Positions 53,738 to 64,000 of a stretch of 64,000 nt of DNA are shown in pieces. Position 1 is the first letter of the stretch; each line of letters opens with the position of its first letter. A program made the translations under genes and the position numbers. Under the pieces are notes generated by a model. That model searched no databases. It saw only the letters and a list, made by a program, of their open reading frames with translations, and was not told where the DNA came from. The stretch is from Bdellovibrionales bacterium (GTDB lineage: Bacteria; Bdellovibrionota; Bdellovibrionia; Bdellovibrionales; UBA1609). The stretch spans positions 864,001-928,000 of the forward strand of contig CBDHDF010000011.1 of the NCBI GenBank assembly GCA_965261545.1. The letters run 5' to 3'.

Positions 53738-54520
53738 GGAAACGGCATTGGTTCATGAGTGGTGACCCATAAACATCGATAGCCTTGTTCACAGAGTGAA
53801 CGAACTAGGGACATGGCCAAATGACTTTTCCCCATTCCAAAGCTTCCGTAAAACACAACATTACAGGCTTTTCTGACCCACTCTCCCTCTGCCATCCAAT
53901 TAATTTGCTGAGCTGTCACTCCCGTTCTTTTCTGGAAGTTATAAGTTTGGAGTGATTTAAGTTGAGGAAGCTTGGCCCCCTTAAGCAATCTTTTCACTCT
54001 CTGGGAATGCTTGTCAGCAAGCTCATTTTGAACGAGTATACCTAAATACTGTTCATACGTCTTTTTTGTTTTTTCGGCAACTCTAGCCGTTGCAACATAT
54101 TCATCCGCCATCGCTGGAAGTCGGAGTTTTTTAAGAGAACCTATAAGTTCTTCGTGATTCATTAAGAACCTCCTATGTTTGGAACAAGACTGTCATATTG
54201 AGACAATCTAGGTTGAAGTGGTTTTTGTTGGTCATTCAAATTAATTTTGGTGGGATTGCCTAAGAGCAAATCTTTTATGGATTTAAAGTCGAAAATCTCA
54301 CGACTTTCTAATTGAAGCTCCATGGCTGTAGATAAGTCCTGCCAACTCACATGCTGAATCAAGTTGATAACTCTTGCAAAATTTCACCTAGTTTGACCCA
54401 CCCAATTTCACCTGGTTTGACCCACCCAATTTCACGAAGTTTGACCCACTGAATTTCACCAAACATTGACCCACTTAGATCTTCATAGATATTCTTTCTG
54501 CGCTACGCATTAACGAGGAG

Positions 54521-56044
54521 GTGTCTATGGGCAAACAAGGTAAGAAAAAAGGAGCAAGAATGATCAACAATATTAAGAAATACATAGAGCTTGGACTCAG
54601 TTCGAGACAAATAGCTCGAGCTATGGGTGTTAGTCGGAACACTGTGAAGAAGTATGTGAAGGATAGTCCCGGAGGCCTAACAGCCGCTCAAAGGGGTCGC
54701 ATGGGCCCCTACCAAGCCCCATGGTCATCCAAGGTGAATTGGACAGATGTTCGCCTCAAGCAAAGCCTAGGGACTCAATTGGCTCATTACTGGGAGCGAC
54801 ATATTCAGTCCGAGATTGACGGTGTGAGTTATCTTTCTTTTTGGAGAGAGTTTCGTCGGAGGCACCCAAGTATAAAGCTTGATATGCACCAGACATTCAC
54901 CCCTGGTGAACGGAGTGAGTTTGACTATAAGGGAAAAGACTCTTGTTTTGGCTATACAGATGCCAAGACTGGGGAGTTCATCCCATGTCGATTATTTGGA
55001 ATGATACTTCCATCGAGTCAGTTTTTCTTTCCATGCGCCACATTAACAGAGCAGCGGGAAGATGTTTTTTCCTCCATAGCTTCTGGTTTTGAGTTTTTTG
55101 GTGGTGTGACCGGAACCATTGCTTTTGATAACGCAAAGGTTCAAGTGACAAGAGCTGATACTTATGACCCCGATATTAACTCTGAGTTTCACCTCTTGTG
55201 TGATCACTACAATGTGGCTCCTTTGGCGATGAGGCCATCTCGCCCCAAAGACAAGAGTCTTATCGAAAATACCCTTGGAGTCTTTTGGCGCTGGTCTTGG
55301 CCCCAGATAAGAGAGCGGCAAATGTATTCTCTAGCAGACATCAACGCTGAGTTGAAGCATTTGGCAGCTATTTTCAATGATCGTATTCAAAAAAAGTATG
55401 GGTTGAGTCGTCGACAGAAGTTTGAATCTTTTGAGAAGTCAAAATTGAATCCTCTTCCTGAAAGACGCTATGAGAGTGGATTCTGGAAGCATTCCAAGGT
55501 TCATCCGGATTGTCACATTCAATATAACTACAATTTTTACTCTGTTCCTTATAAGCATCGCGGCAAGAAGTTAGATATTCGTATTAGCCAACAATGCTTG
55601 GAGGTTTATTCAGAATTAGAGCGGGTGGCGATACATCACATCCCCCAGGGCAGTCGAGGGCGCTACTTTACGACAAAATCTCATCTCCCTGAGTCCCACC
55701 GGGCCATTTTAGAGCAAACGCCACAAAATGTACTTAAAGAGGCATCAAGCCTTGGAGAAAGCATTCACAAAGTTGCCGAGCGGCTTATCAAAGAGCCTCG
55801 CCATCCGCTTATGTATCTTCGTCGTGTTCAGGGGATACTCAATCTAAGAAAACGGTATTCAACAGCTTCTTTGGAGCAGGCTTGCTCATTTTTTGTAGAT
55901 GCAGCTTTAAGTGACATTAGGGTTCGTGGAGTTGAGAAAGTCATTTCAGCAAAAAGTCATCGAAAAGAGGAGCCAAGAGTCTGCCGTCAACCTAATGAAA
56001 ATTTAAGAGGTTCAGAGCACTGGGAGAATGCTTGCCGCCACTAA
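54521..56044 (+). CDS. istA: IS21-C transposase
   Basis: HTH, EFDY, FDNAK, PKDKSLIE. Confidence 0.93.
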   Translation: MSMGKQGKKKGARMINNIKKYIELGLSSRQIARAMGVSRNTVKKYVKDSPGGLTAAQRGRMGPYQAPWSSKVNWTDVRLKQSLGTQLAHYWERHIQSEIDGVSYLSFWREFRRRHPSIKLDMHQTFTPGERSEFDYKGKDSCFGYTDAKTGEFIPCRLFGMILPSSQFFFPCATLTEQREDVFSSIASGFEFFGGVTGTIAFDNAKVQVTRADTYDPDINSEFHLLCDHYNVAPLAMRPSRPKDKSLIENTLGVFWRWSWPQIRERQMYSLADINAELKHLAAIFNDRIQKKYGLSRRQKFESFEKSKLNPLPERRYESGFWKHSKVHPDCHIQYNYNFYSVPYKHRGKKLDIRISQQCLEVYSELERVAIHHIPQGSRGRYFTTKSHLPESHRAILEQTPQNVLKEASSLGESIHKVAERLIKEPRHPLMYLRRVQGILNLRKRYSTASLEQACSFFVDAALSDIRVRGVEKVISAKSHRKEEPRVCRQPNENLRGSEHWENACRH

Positions 56045-56125
56045 TCACATAGCCCCGGTGGGTGGTTCTCAACCACCTAACGGGTCATTTTGACCTCCAT
56101 AAGAGAGGTCGTATAGGAGAAGAAA

Positions 56126-56854
56126 ATGATTAAACAAACAGAAAATTTATTAGAGATATTAAAAATGAGGGGAGTTTTAGCAACCTTGAGCCAGAGGCTC
56201 AAAGAAGCTGAGGAGCAGGATCTTGGTTACGAGGACTTTCTAAATGTCATCTTTGAGGACGAAAAAATCCATCGTGAAAATCAGAAGGTCTCAAGACTTA
56301 TCAAAAGAGCAGCTTTGCAGCAAAAAGCAAGCCTTGAGGCCTTTGAAACCAAATCCAACCGAGGAGTCGATCGAAGAGTTTTGAGTGATCTAGCCCTTAT
56401 GAGATTTGCTCAAAGAGGTCAAAATATAATTATCTCTGGCCCAACGGGTGTTGGAAAGTCATATTTGGCTTGTGCCATAGGTAATCACGCCTGTCGCCAA
56501 GGTTTTTCCACTCAGTTCTTCAGAATGAATACTCTTGTTGAAAAATTCAACTTAGAAAGAGCCCAGGGGACATATCTAAACTTCCTTAAAAGGCTAAAAT
56601 CAGTCTCGATACTTGTGTTGGATGATTTTGGTATCAAGCCCCTTACCTCTAACCAATATCAAGACCTTTACGATGTGATTGATGAACGAGGCCCTGACCT
56701 GAGCCTCATTCTTACAACCCAACTTCCAATAAAAAATTGGAGTGAAGTCATTGAGGATCCCATCGTTTGTGAAGCTATTATGGATCGCATAACCTCTCAA
56801 GCTATCAAAATAGCCATGTCTGGAAGCTCATTTAGGCAGAAAAAGACGATTTAA
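56126..56854 (+). CDS. istB: IS21-C helper ATPase
   Basis: GPTGVGKS, LVLDDFG, AIMDRI. Confidence 0.95.
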   Translation: MIKQTENLLEILKMRGVLATLSQRLKEAEEQDLGYEDFLNVIFEDEKIHRENQKVSRLIKRAALQQKASLEAFETKSNRGVDRRVLSDLALMRFAQRGQNIIISGPTGVGKSYLACAIGNHACRQGFSTQFFRMNTLVEKFNLERAQGTYLNFLKRLKSVSILVLDDFGIKPLTSNQYQDLYDVIDERGPDLSLILTTQLPIKNWSEVIEDPIVCEAIMDRITSQAIKIAMSGSSFRQKKTI

Positions 56855-58126
56855 GGAGAATCCATGCAAAGGCAGACCTTGGAAGACACCATCGGGAGAC
56901 ACTCCATCGGAACTATTGAATCATGTACCCGCCAGTTATCCACAAAATTTACCCACGGCAGCGCTGCGTTGATAGACATCGGGGTCACAGACGCAGCGTC
57001 ACCATGGATAAATTTGTGGATAACTGGCTCGCTATTCTCTGCCATTTTGAGCAATGGATTCAACATCCCCATTGAAAAACCCTCCATTGAAACCTCAGAA
57101 ATGGGGAGGGTCGAGATTCTCAATGACAAAGTGGCCAATTTTAGTTGGCATCTAACATTCTGGCAAATAAGCCTTAACCCACCGTTGGGACATCGTGACA
57201 TTGAGGGTGTAAAAGTTACTGAGTCAGCAGAAAAAAGAAGGTTTAAATTGACAAAGTTTGAGCCACCGTGAAATTCAAAATTGGACCTCAAATTGACTGA
57301 CTGAGGGGTGGGTCAAACTTCGTGAAATTCAGTGGGTCAAACTCGTGAAATTCAGCACTCTTAAATATTCATGCTCGGCACGGCTTGAATCTTGTTGCTT
57401 GAGGTATTGATAAAAATTTTCAAACACATTTGTTGGAAAAAGAATGGATCGGTGAGCCCATCTTACCATGGCTTGCGGCTTACGAACTAAAGAGGGAAGG
57501 ATATGTTCAAGAAGAAGACTATGCTCCCCATCAGGTTTTCTTTGATGGCGAGCGACAATTTCTTGCTTCCCTCCTGCACGATAGATCGTGACATGATAGG
57601 GACCCTGTACGGTTTTACAGGGAGATTGGATCACCTCATCAGGTATGGAATATGTGGTTTTACCTATTCTCAAAGTCCCATAACCATTACTTTGACAAAT
57701 ATTCACCTTACAGAGAATATCTTCATCTCGTGGAGGCAAAGGCTTAAGAACTTTGGCCTCCTCCTCAAAGCGAGATTTGGTGGAGTCACTCTGATGCTGA
57801 TCCATATAAGACTCTAAAAACTGATTCAAATGATCCCAGTCTTTAAAAACAATTCCTTTGTTTCTAACAATATTTTTTATCCGAGAACTGAAGGTTCGAA
57901 TATCACGCTCCACATCTCCCTTGTCAGAGCCCTTCCCTGCGCGGCAGGGAAGAACCTTAAATCCATAGTATTGGATGGCTCGATCAAAAGATTGGGTGTA
58001 AATTCGCTGATTTCCTTTAAGAACTTTCTTCACACAGGGAGATAAATTATCAATACGGATGTTCGCACTCATCCCACCTATCTTTTCAAAAAAAGCATGC
58101 ACCCCATCGATGAAACACTCATAGAC

Positions 58127-59543
58127 CAATGCCGTTTCCTTAAGCCACCACACCCCTCTGCCTCTGCGTTAAGCTATTTCTTTTAAAAGAACTCCCAGCG
58201 CTTTTGATAGACCTTTCATAGCTTCTTTTGAAGTGCCTCCTCTTCTCCATTGAAATCTTCATCAGCAACTTTATCTGCTTCCTAAATTTCTGATAGAGCC
58301 CCGCAACAAAAAGAGGGATGCTATCCATTATGAAATCAAGAATCAGTTTAAAGTTAGGTTTTTTGTAGTCATTTTTTACCAACTGATTCACACTGTCTTC
58401 ATCCTCATTTATGCTCATTTGAATCTTTGTATAATTGAAGAGCCAAAAATAAGAATACAGCTCTTGCAATATTCCATTAAGGCTTGTTGAGTGCCACTGC
58501 TCCATTTTCATTGTCGATGTAAAATCACGAAATGTCGTTTCTATTTCCCAACGACGAGAGTAAAGAGCAACCATATCCTTCTTGTCCAAGGAGCCATGCG
58601 GAAGATTAGTGGCCAAAACAGAGAACTCCCCAGTCTTTGGGTTTTTATACTTATAGAGATGAATGACCACCCCCTCAATAACCATTTGTGAATACCAACC
58701 TGGGCCATTAAATAAATTTACGATGGGGATAAAAGTAGAGCCTCGCTTACAACGCGCAATAAAGAAGTTACTGGCTTGAGCATGGGCCTTAATAATCTCT
58801 GTAGATAAATAAAGCCTATCGTAGAGAGTTATGCTATTACTCTCAAAACTACCTATCATTTGAATAGCATTGGCGATTTCGTTGAGAGCGGGAGAAAAGC
58901 AAAGATTCTTTGTCACACCCGATAAAACGTCATAAGCATGAGATAGATACATACGTAAGAAATGAGTTTCCATCTCATTTGGGCAAGGGTACCCACAATA
59001 ACCCTCCTTTAAAAGATCTTTAGAGCGAGGAAGTGCTAATTGGTCGCCATCTATGGCATAGATATAAAAACCATGAAACGTTTTTCTCAATGGTTCGTAG
59101 TCTGTAATCAGAGATTCAAAGATATCTTTGAAAAATAGGTAAGAAATACTTTGACGTATCTTGCTGAGACTGCTTTTGACTGGCATGAGAAGCAGGTCAC
59201 CAAAATGAGTCCATACCGTCTTAAGAGCGATTTGGTAGCCTTCGTAATTTGTTCCGGAAATAAGATAGATAATGGTAAAAAAGAAAATTTGAGGATTAAA
59301 TTTTCGATTCCTTTTTTGTTTTTCTGGATCGACAAGGTGCTCTGGCTTGAAGGAAGAATCAAGTTTTGGTAGAATAAAATGGTCATCTGTGACGCGAACT
59401 CGTCATTTGGGGGCTTTCGAGATCAATATTGGATTGCATGTGACTTACTCCTTGGTTGAGGGTTGGGTGTAAAATAAAACAAGTCTTATTCTTGTCGATT
59501 TATCTAATGATTTCAAGAGATTTTTCTTAAGGAAACGGCATTG
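58127..59543 (-). mobile_element. IS4-B full copy
   Basis: TIRs; 10-bp TSD ACTCATAGAC. Confidence 0.96.
58140..59186 (-). CDS. IS4 transposase
   Basis: IS4-B copy. Confidence 0.9.
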   Translation of the reverse strand: MPVKSSLSKIRQSISYLFFKDIFESLITDYEPLRKTFHGFYIYAIDGDQLALPRSKDLLKEGYCGYPCPNEMETHFLRMYLSHAYDVLSGVTKNLCFSPALNEIANAIQMIGSFESNSITLYDRLYLSTEIIKAHAQASNFFIARCKRGSTFIPIVNLFNGPGWYSQMVIEGVVIHLYKYKNPKTGEFSVLATNLPHGSLDKKDMVALYSRRWEIETTFRDFTSTMKMEQWHSTSLNGILQELYSYFWLFNYTKIQMSINEDEDSVNQLVKNDYKKPNFKLILDFIMDSIPLFVAGLYQKFRKQIKLLMKISMEKRRHFKRSYERSIKSAGSSFKRNSLTQRQRGVVA

Positions 59544-60712
59544 ACTCATAGACAAGAAAGGGGTAGGCACGAACCCAACAGGTGCCACTACAAGGCAATG
59601 TTCCAAAATGGAGATGAACGATCTGAACACCATCGGCAAATGGTAAAGCAACCTTCTCCTTAAAATCAAACTGAGCCTGTTCTCCAGGATCATATCTTTG
59701 GCTGAAAAAACGCTCCTTGGGGCGAGAACCAAGAATCTCACAAACTCTTCTCTGAACCGTTCTCTCACTCCCACGATAACCCTCCTCAACTAATAGCTCA
59801 TATATTTCACGGGCGGTGTTACTTGGGTTCAACTTCAAAAAGTACTTCACCCGATCCATATATCCATTAAGGGGATCTGGGCGAGTTCTTTTGGACCTCG
59901 CCTTGTACTTCGGTGGGGTGTTGGACTCACAGTACTTGCGCACCGTCTTACGATTGATCCCTAATTCACGAGATATTTCTGTCTTATTTTTACCACTGTG
60001 ACTCAGGTCACGAATGCGGCCGAAAGTGTATTGACTAATCATAAGATCCTCCTCATTGCTAACCTTTTGAGTTGCAAAAGGGAGGGACTCTGTGAGCTTA
60101 GTATCTATATCAGAAGAAGAGACTTCATTGTCTAGTATTTGAACACTCCCTGAAGATTGGTCACTTTTCATTGGCGACAACCTCCATATTGAAAGTGGGA
60201 CATTTTAATTGGCGACGGCTTTAAGGGAAGCCTGTCTTCAGAAAGAAATTCCATGAAAATTGAGGCAAATGTTGGAATCTTGTGGAATTTAAATACTTTA
60301 GAAAATGGGCACAGCCTAAACAGGCTTTTCTTGACTATATATTTAACCTCATTGAAATCCAGAAACAGTCTACAAAGGAGAAATATGGAACCTGAATAGG
60401 CTGTCATGGAAGGACTCTCCAACACGGAGCCCCTTTCCAGGTCGACAAGAACCCAAAAGGAGTTCTTATCAGCTCGGAGCCTTTTTATGAGTAATATCAA
60501 TTGATTATATGCGTCTCGGTTGACAATGCCAAAAATCACCATAGGTCCTCCTCTGAAAAGTGGCCACTTTTCATTGGCGACGGTGGGGCATTTTAATTGT
60601 CAGCTAACAGATGCCAGTCTTTTGAAAAAGTTGGCTCAGAAGTGTTACAAAATTCTTTCGTATCTTCAAGAAAAGCAGAAGACCTACTTACCATCGGGTA
60701 TAACCATAGATA

Positions 60713-60819
60713 GTTCCTGTCCAGGAATGGCTCTTTTTCACCAATTTTCTTCTCCTACTCAAACCTAACGGGATTTGAGAGATAAAATATTCAAAAAAAG
60801 GTCATTCTCGGACAGGAAC
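60713..60819. mobile_element. 107-bp MITE with IS-C-type ends
   Basis: GTTCCTGTCC..GGACAGGAAC, flanked by TAGATA / TAGTTA. Confidence 0.75.
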
Positions 60820-61163
60820 TAGTTACACCAATTATGTTCCTATCCTCTCATAACCGCGAACAGGAAGATATAAAGGCCACAGAAGAGGCCATTAAAGAGA
60901 AACGAGACAAAGAAAAAGAGGCTAGGAGAAGATTCATACAAGAAACAGAAGAGCGGGAAAAAGAAAGAACCCGCATCGAGGAGGCGAAAAGACTTGAAGC
61001 CAAAAAAGAAGCTCTCATCCAACAAAAGATCAAAGAAGTTTCTAGCTCAGACCCTTGGAATTCAGGATTTCTGGGATGATAGGCATCCAATAAGAGTTCT
61101 AGGTGTACAATTGCACGCTACGCGTACTTTCCCTACTCCAATCCGTCATTGATAATTTTCCGA

Positions 61164-61192
61164 TTGAAATATACCATAAAATGGTATATCAT
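61164..61192 (+). promoter_or_regulatory. TA operon promoter with palindromic operator
   Basis: TTGAAA-17-TATCAT overlapping ATATACCAT-AAA-ATGGTATAT. Confidence 0.7.
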
Positions 61193-61215
61193 CTAAAGGT
61201 AATAAAAGTAGAGGG

Positions 61216-61500
61216 TTGTCTAAATTGTGGCAGGTTAATTTTTCAAGGCAAGCAGAGAAACAAGTTAAGCGGCTTCCGGAAACAATCCGCCTTATTCTTC
61301 AAGTCTTAGTTGAAGAAATAAAAAAAGAAGGACCATTCAGATCAACATGGAAAAATTACTCTAAGTTGGAGTCTGGTCGATACCATTGCCATTTGAAGAA
61401 AGGACAACCCACTTATGTTGTTTGCTGGGAAATTATAAATAAAAACACTAAGTCTGTAGAGGTTTACTATGTCGGAACCCATGAAAAAGCCCCTTATTGA
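61216..61500 (+). CDS. RelE/HigB-like toxin
   Basis: WQVNFSRQAEKQVKRLP..YHCHLKKG..EVYYVGTHEKAPY. Confidence 0.8.
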   Translation: MSKLWQVNFSRQAEKQVKRLPETIRLILQVLVEEIKKEGPFRSTWKNYSKLESGRYHCHLKKGQPTYVVCWEIINKNTKSVEVYYVGTHEKAPY

Positions 61501-61849
61501 TACTTTCACAGTAACAGTGAGGAGTAAAAAAACAAGACGTCAGTTCTTATTACCAAAATCGAAAGTTCAAGGGCTGATCTGCTTAATGGAAAGGTTTGAG
61601 GTTCATGATAAGAACAAGTTGGAAACAGAAGATTTATTTTCTGATCTCAACAAAAAATACACAAAACCAGGAGCCATTCTAAAAGGGGCAAGGCTGAAAG
61701 AAAACCTTTCTCAAAAAAAAATAGCTGATAAGTTGAAAATCTCTCAGAGTCATATTTCTGAGATGGAGCATGGGAAAAGGCCCATAGGTAAGCGAATGTC
61801 CCAAAGACTGTCAAAAATTCTTAAGGTCAGTTATAAGATATTTCTGTAA
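61469..61849 (+). CDS. HigA-like XRE HTH antitoxin
   Basis: LKGARLKENLSQKKIA..ISEMEHGKRPIG; overlaps the toxin gene. Confidence 0.8.
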   Translation: MSEPMKKPLIDTFTVTVRSKKTRRQFLLPKSKVQGLICLMERFEVHDKNKLETEDLFSDLNKKYTKPGAILKGARLKENLSQKKIADKLKISQSHISEMEHGKRPIGKRMSQRLSKILKVSYKIFL

Positions 61850-61881
61850 CATAACGTGATTTTATCAGAACACTTCGTTGG

Positions 61882-62030
61882 CCCGGATGGGGGTGCAAAC
61901 CAGGCCATTTAAAATTTAATATCTGACAAGGCGTATTATAAAATACCTTCTAGAAAACAACCTGGGAGGGAAGGATGAACGTCTTGAATAAACAAAAACA
62001 AGAAGAGATATTAACATTAATTATAGAAGG
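61882..62030 (+). mobile_element. IS21-B-related left-end remnant
   Basis: Similar to the reverse complement of 44680-44849. Confidence 0.8.
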
Positions 62031-62376
62031 TGTTAAGCGAAAAAGAGCCTGCTAGAGAATGGCTGGATTCACTCGAATTGGGTCAAAAATAACGACACCA
62101 AGACGCATCACATTAAAACACCTTCGTGGTGCCCGGGTTATGGTCCTCCACCTGGCTGGCTCATTATTCCGACACCGAGTTCCCACTTTTCTCTTTTTGA
62201 GTCAAAAATGTGCGTTGAGGAGACTCCCTCACTCAATAAGACACCGGTTGTTACGCCTTCTAAAACAGATCAGCCGAGCTACCCCTCTGTTGATCCTCTC
62301 AGTAAGATTGATCTTTGGAAACAAACAATCAACGAGGGGGTCTTCAGTGAGGGAGTCGGCTGTTAATGCTTACTTA

Positions 62377-64000
62377 GTTCCTGTCCAGGGAAGAAAGTTA
62401 AGTAGTTTTAAGTATTTACATGCCTTCCCTTTAGATTTTATGCTTTAAAATGGAGTCCATCAAACATAATCCGTGTAAATTCAGTTACTTACATAAAACG
62501 GAAAAATAAAATAAGTTCCCCCCCCTCTCTTGACGAACCTTTCACAGCCCCTCCCTTTCAGTGACTTATGTGGCTATCAACTGGTTACTTGATATGAGAG
62601 GAAGAGTTGGATCAACCTGTGTTTCCACCGTGGTGATTTCAAACCTCCTTCAGGGAAATAACATTACGTTGCGCATCAACTTCAAAAAATACTTGACGTG
62701 TTTTTTCAGAGAAATAATTTTTGATATTTTATTCTTCATTTATTTTTTATGTAGGTTTTAGGAGGCGTGGGAACCTCTCTATGAGGTAGAATTCTTATCC
62801 ATGTTCTCCGAGAACCTCTCTGATTTTTTTCTTCTTAAAAGACATCCTTGCTCACTTTTTTCCCTCAAAAAAACGTATGTTAATATAAAAATTAAAGAGA
62901 AACTTTCACCAAAGGGGGGACTATGCGCCATTTGAAGAAGACACAGTTGGGACTCTTTTCCCAATATCCTAACCACCAACTCAGTACAGAATTGCAGCAA
63001 ATTAATAACATCATTGATCGCCATCCAGAGTTTGCCCATATGGTTCATGAAGACCTTGTTAAAGAAAAGAAAGATTCTGGTGATATTGGTATGACATCGG
63101 AGCAAGTTCTCAAGGTGGCTATTCTTAAATCCATAAGAGGTCTTTCCTATCGTGCGTTAGCCTTTAATCTTGTCGATTCAGTATCCACCAGAGCTTTTCT
63201 GGGCCTTGAATTGGAAGAAAATTACGCTCACTCCACCTTACAGGACTTGATTGTTCAAATAAGTGAAGAAACTTGGGGAATTATTAGCGCCTCTTTAGTT
63301 TCAGATGCAAGAGATCAAAAGATTGAGCCGTGTAAGAAAATGAGATTGGACAGTACAGTGACGAAATCAAATATTCATCATCCAACGGATGCATCGCTTT
63401 TATATGACTGCATAAGAGTTACAGAAAGAGAATTTAAAAAAGTTCGTAAAAATGTCATGAAAGATTTTTGGCGACTTATTTCAAGAGAAGATCTTAAGAG
63501 AGCAAAAACCTTGCTTTACAAAATTAATAATTCCAAAAATGATGCGGAAAGACTACCTTGCTATAAGGAGCTTTTAAAAATCGCTACCAAATTGAACAAA
63601 GGATTACCTGATACCATCAGAAAGATAAAAAAAGAACAAAAATGTGTGAAGATGAATGCTTTGAAAAAGAGTCTAAAACAGTTAGAAAATGTTGCCTTCT
63701 ACCTGGAAAAAATCATCTTTCAAACTCAAAAAAGAGTTATTGAGGGGAAAAAAGTATCTTCTGAAAAAAAGGTCCTATCCATCTTTGAACCGCATACAGA
63801 CATTATTGTAAAGGGGCAAAGAGAAGTCGAGTTTGGGCATAAAATCTTTCTGACCTCAGGGCAAAGCAACATGATTTTAGATTGTCAGATCCCTGATGGC
63901 AACCCCGCAGACTCTGATATGTTTTTAAAAGTTATGAATTCAGTGACACAAACCTATGGGGCTTGCCCTGTAAAAGTAAGTGCAGATGGTGGGTTTGCTT
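62377..64000 (+). mobile_element. IS-C copy, runs off window end; transposase from 62923
   Basis: Matches 48261 onward; preceded by TACTTA. Confidence 0.95.

Larger units (their letters stand above)
51663..53750. mobile_element. IS4-B composite: inverted right-end fragment, intron piece and a full copy (52334-53750)
   Basis: 10-bp TSD GTTCATGAGT at 51653-51662 and 53751-53760. Confidence 0.92.
54375..57357 (+). mobile_element. IS21-C, intact
   Basis: TG..CA ends, tandem AATTTCAC..TTGACCCAC repeats, duplicated CTCT. Confidence 0.93.
50852..60609 (-). mobile_element. IS21-A full copy carrying three insertions
   Basis: TG..CA ends; TSD GATGC. Confidence 0.95.
48206..60712 (+). pseudogene. IS5/ISNCY-like transposase IS-D in three pieces (48206-48260, 50413-50851, 60615-60712)
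   Basis: Removing IS-C and IS21-A gives a continuous frame with PDHT and DSTVQEANMAYPSDASLL. Confidence 0.8.

Noticed and set aside
54378..54475. Four tandem ~22-bp repeats resembling a mini CRISPR array
   Set aside because: No unique spacers and no cas genes; inverted copies at the other IS21-C end indicate transposase-binding repeats
60834..61079. Charged coiled-coil ORF
   Set aside because: Probably the 3' remnant of a truncated gene; no assignable function

Overview
This AT-rich bacterial window is largely mobile DNA, nested up to four levels deep. It contains IS21 (3 types), IS4, IS66, IS256, IS1634 (3 types), IS5/ISNCY-like elements, MITEs and group II intron pieces. Host anchors are tRNA-His, tmRNA, tRNA-Ala, two Uma2 paralogs, a disrupted vWA gene and a HigBA-like pair. 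A probable tyrosine-integrase island from tRNA-His (~3.3-28.6 kb) carries an anti-phage-type dCTP deaminase and an FRG-TPR gene flanked by a 19-bp direct repeat. The most striking observation is two minimal (1.9 and 2.5 kb) large-serine-recombinase elements inserted at conserved motifs of other mobile elements: the PQG motif of an intron RT and just after the first catalytic Asp motif of a transposase. Rejoining the ends of each into attP creates a reading frame absent from the integrated form; in one, the RBS and ATG lie at the right end and the gene body at the left end. Other observations are a 36-bp TSD around a 6.9-kb IS1634 composite, a four-DnaA-box palindrome shared by two IS21 types, and an out-of-frame start conserved in a recently active IS4. 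Family assignments come from motif recognition only; no searches were run.
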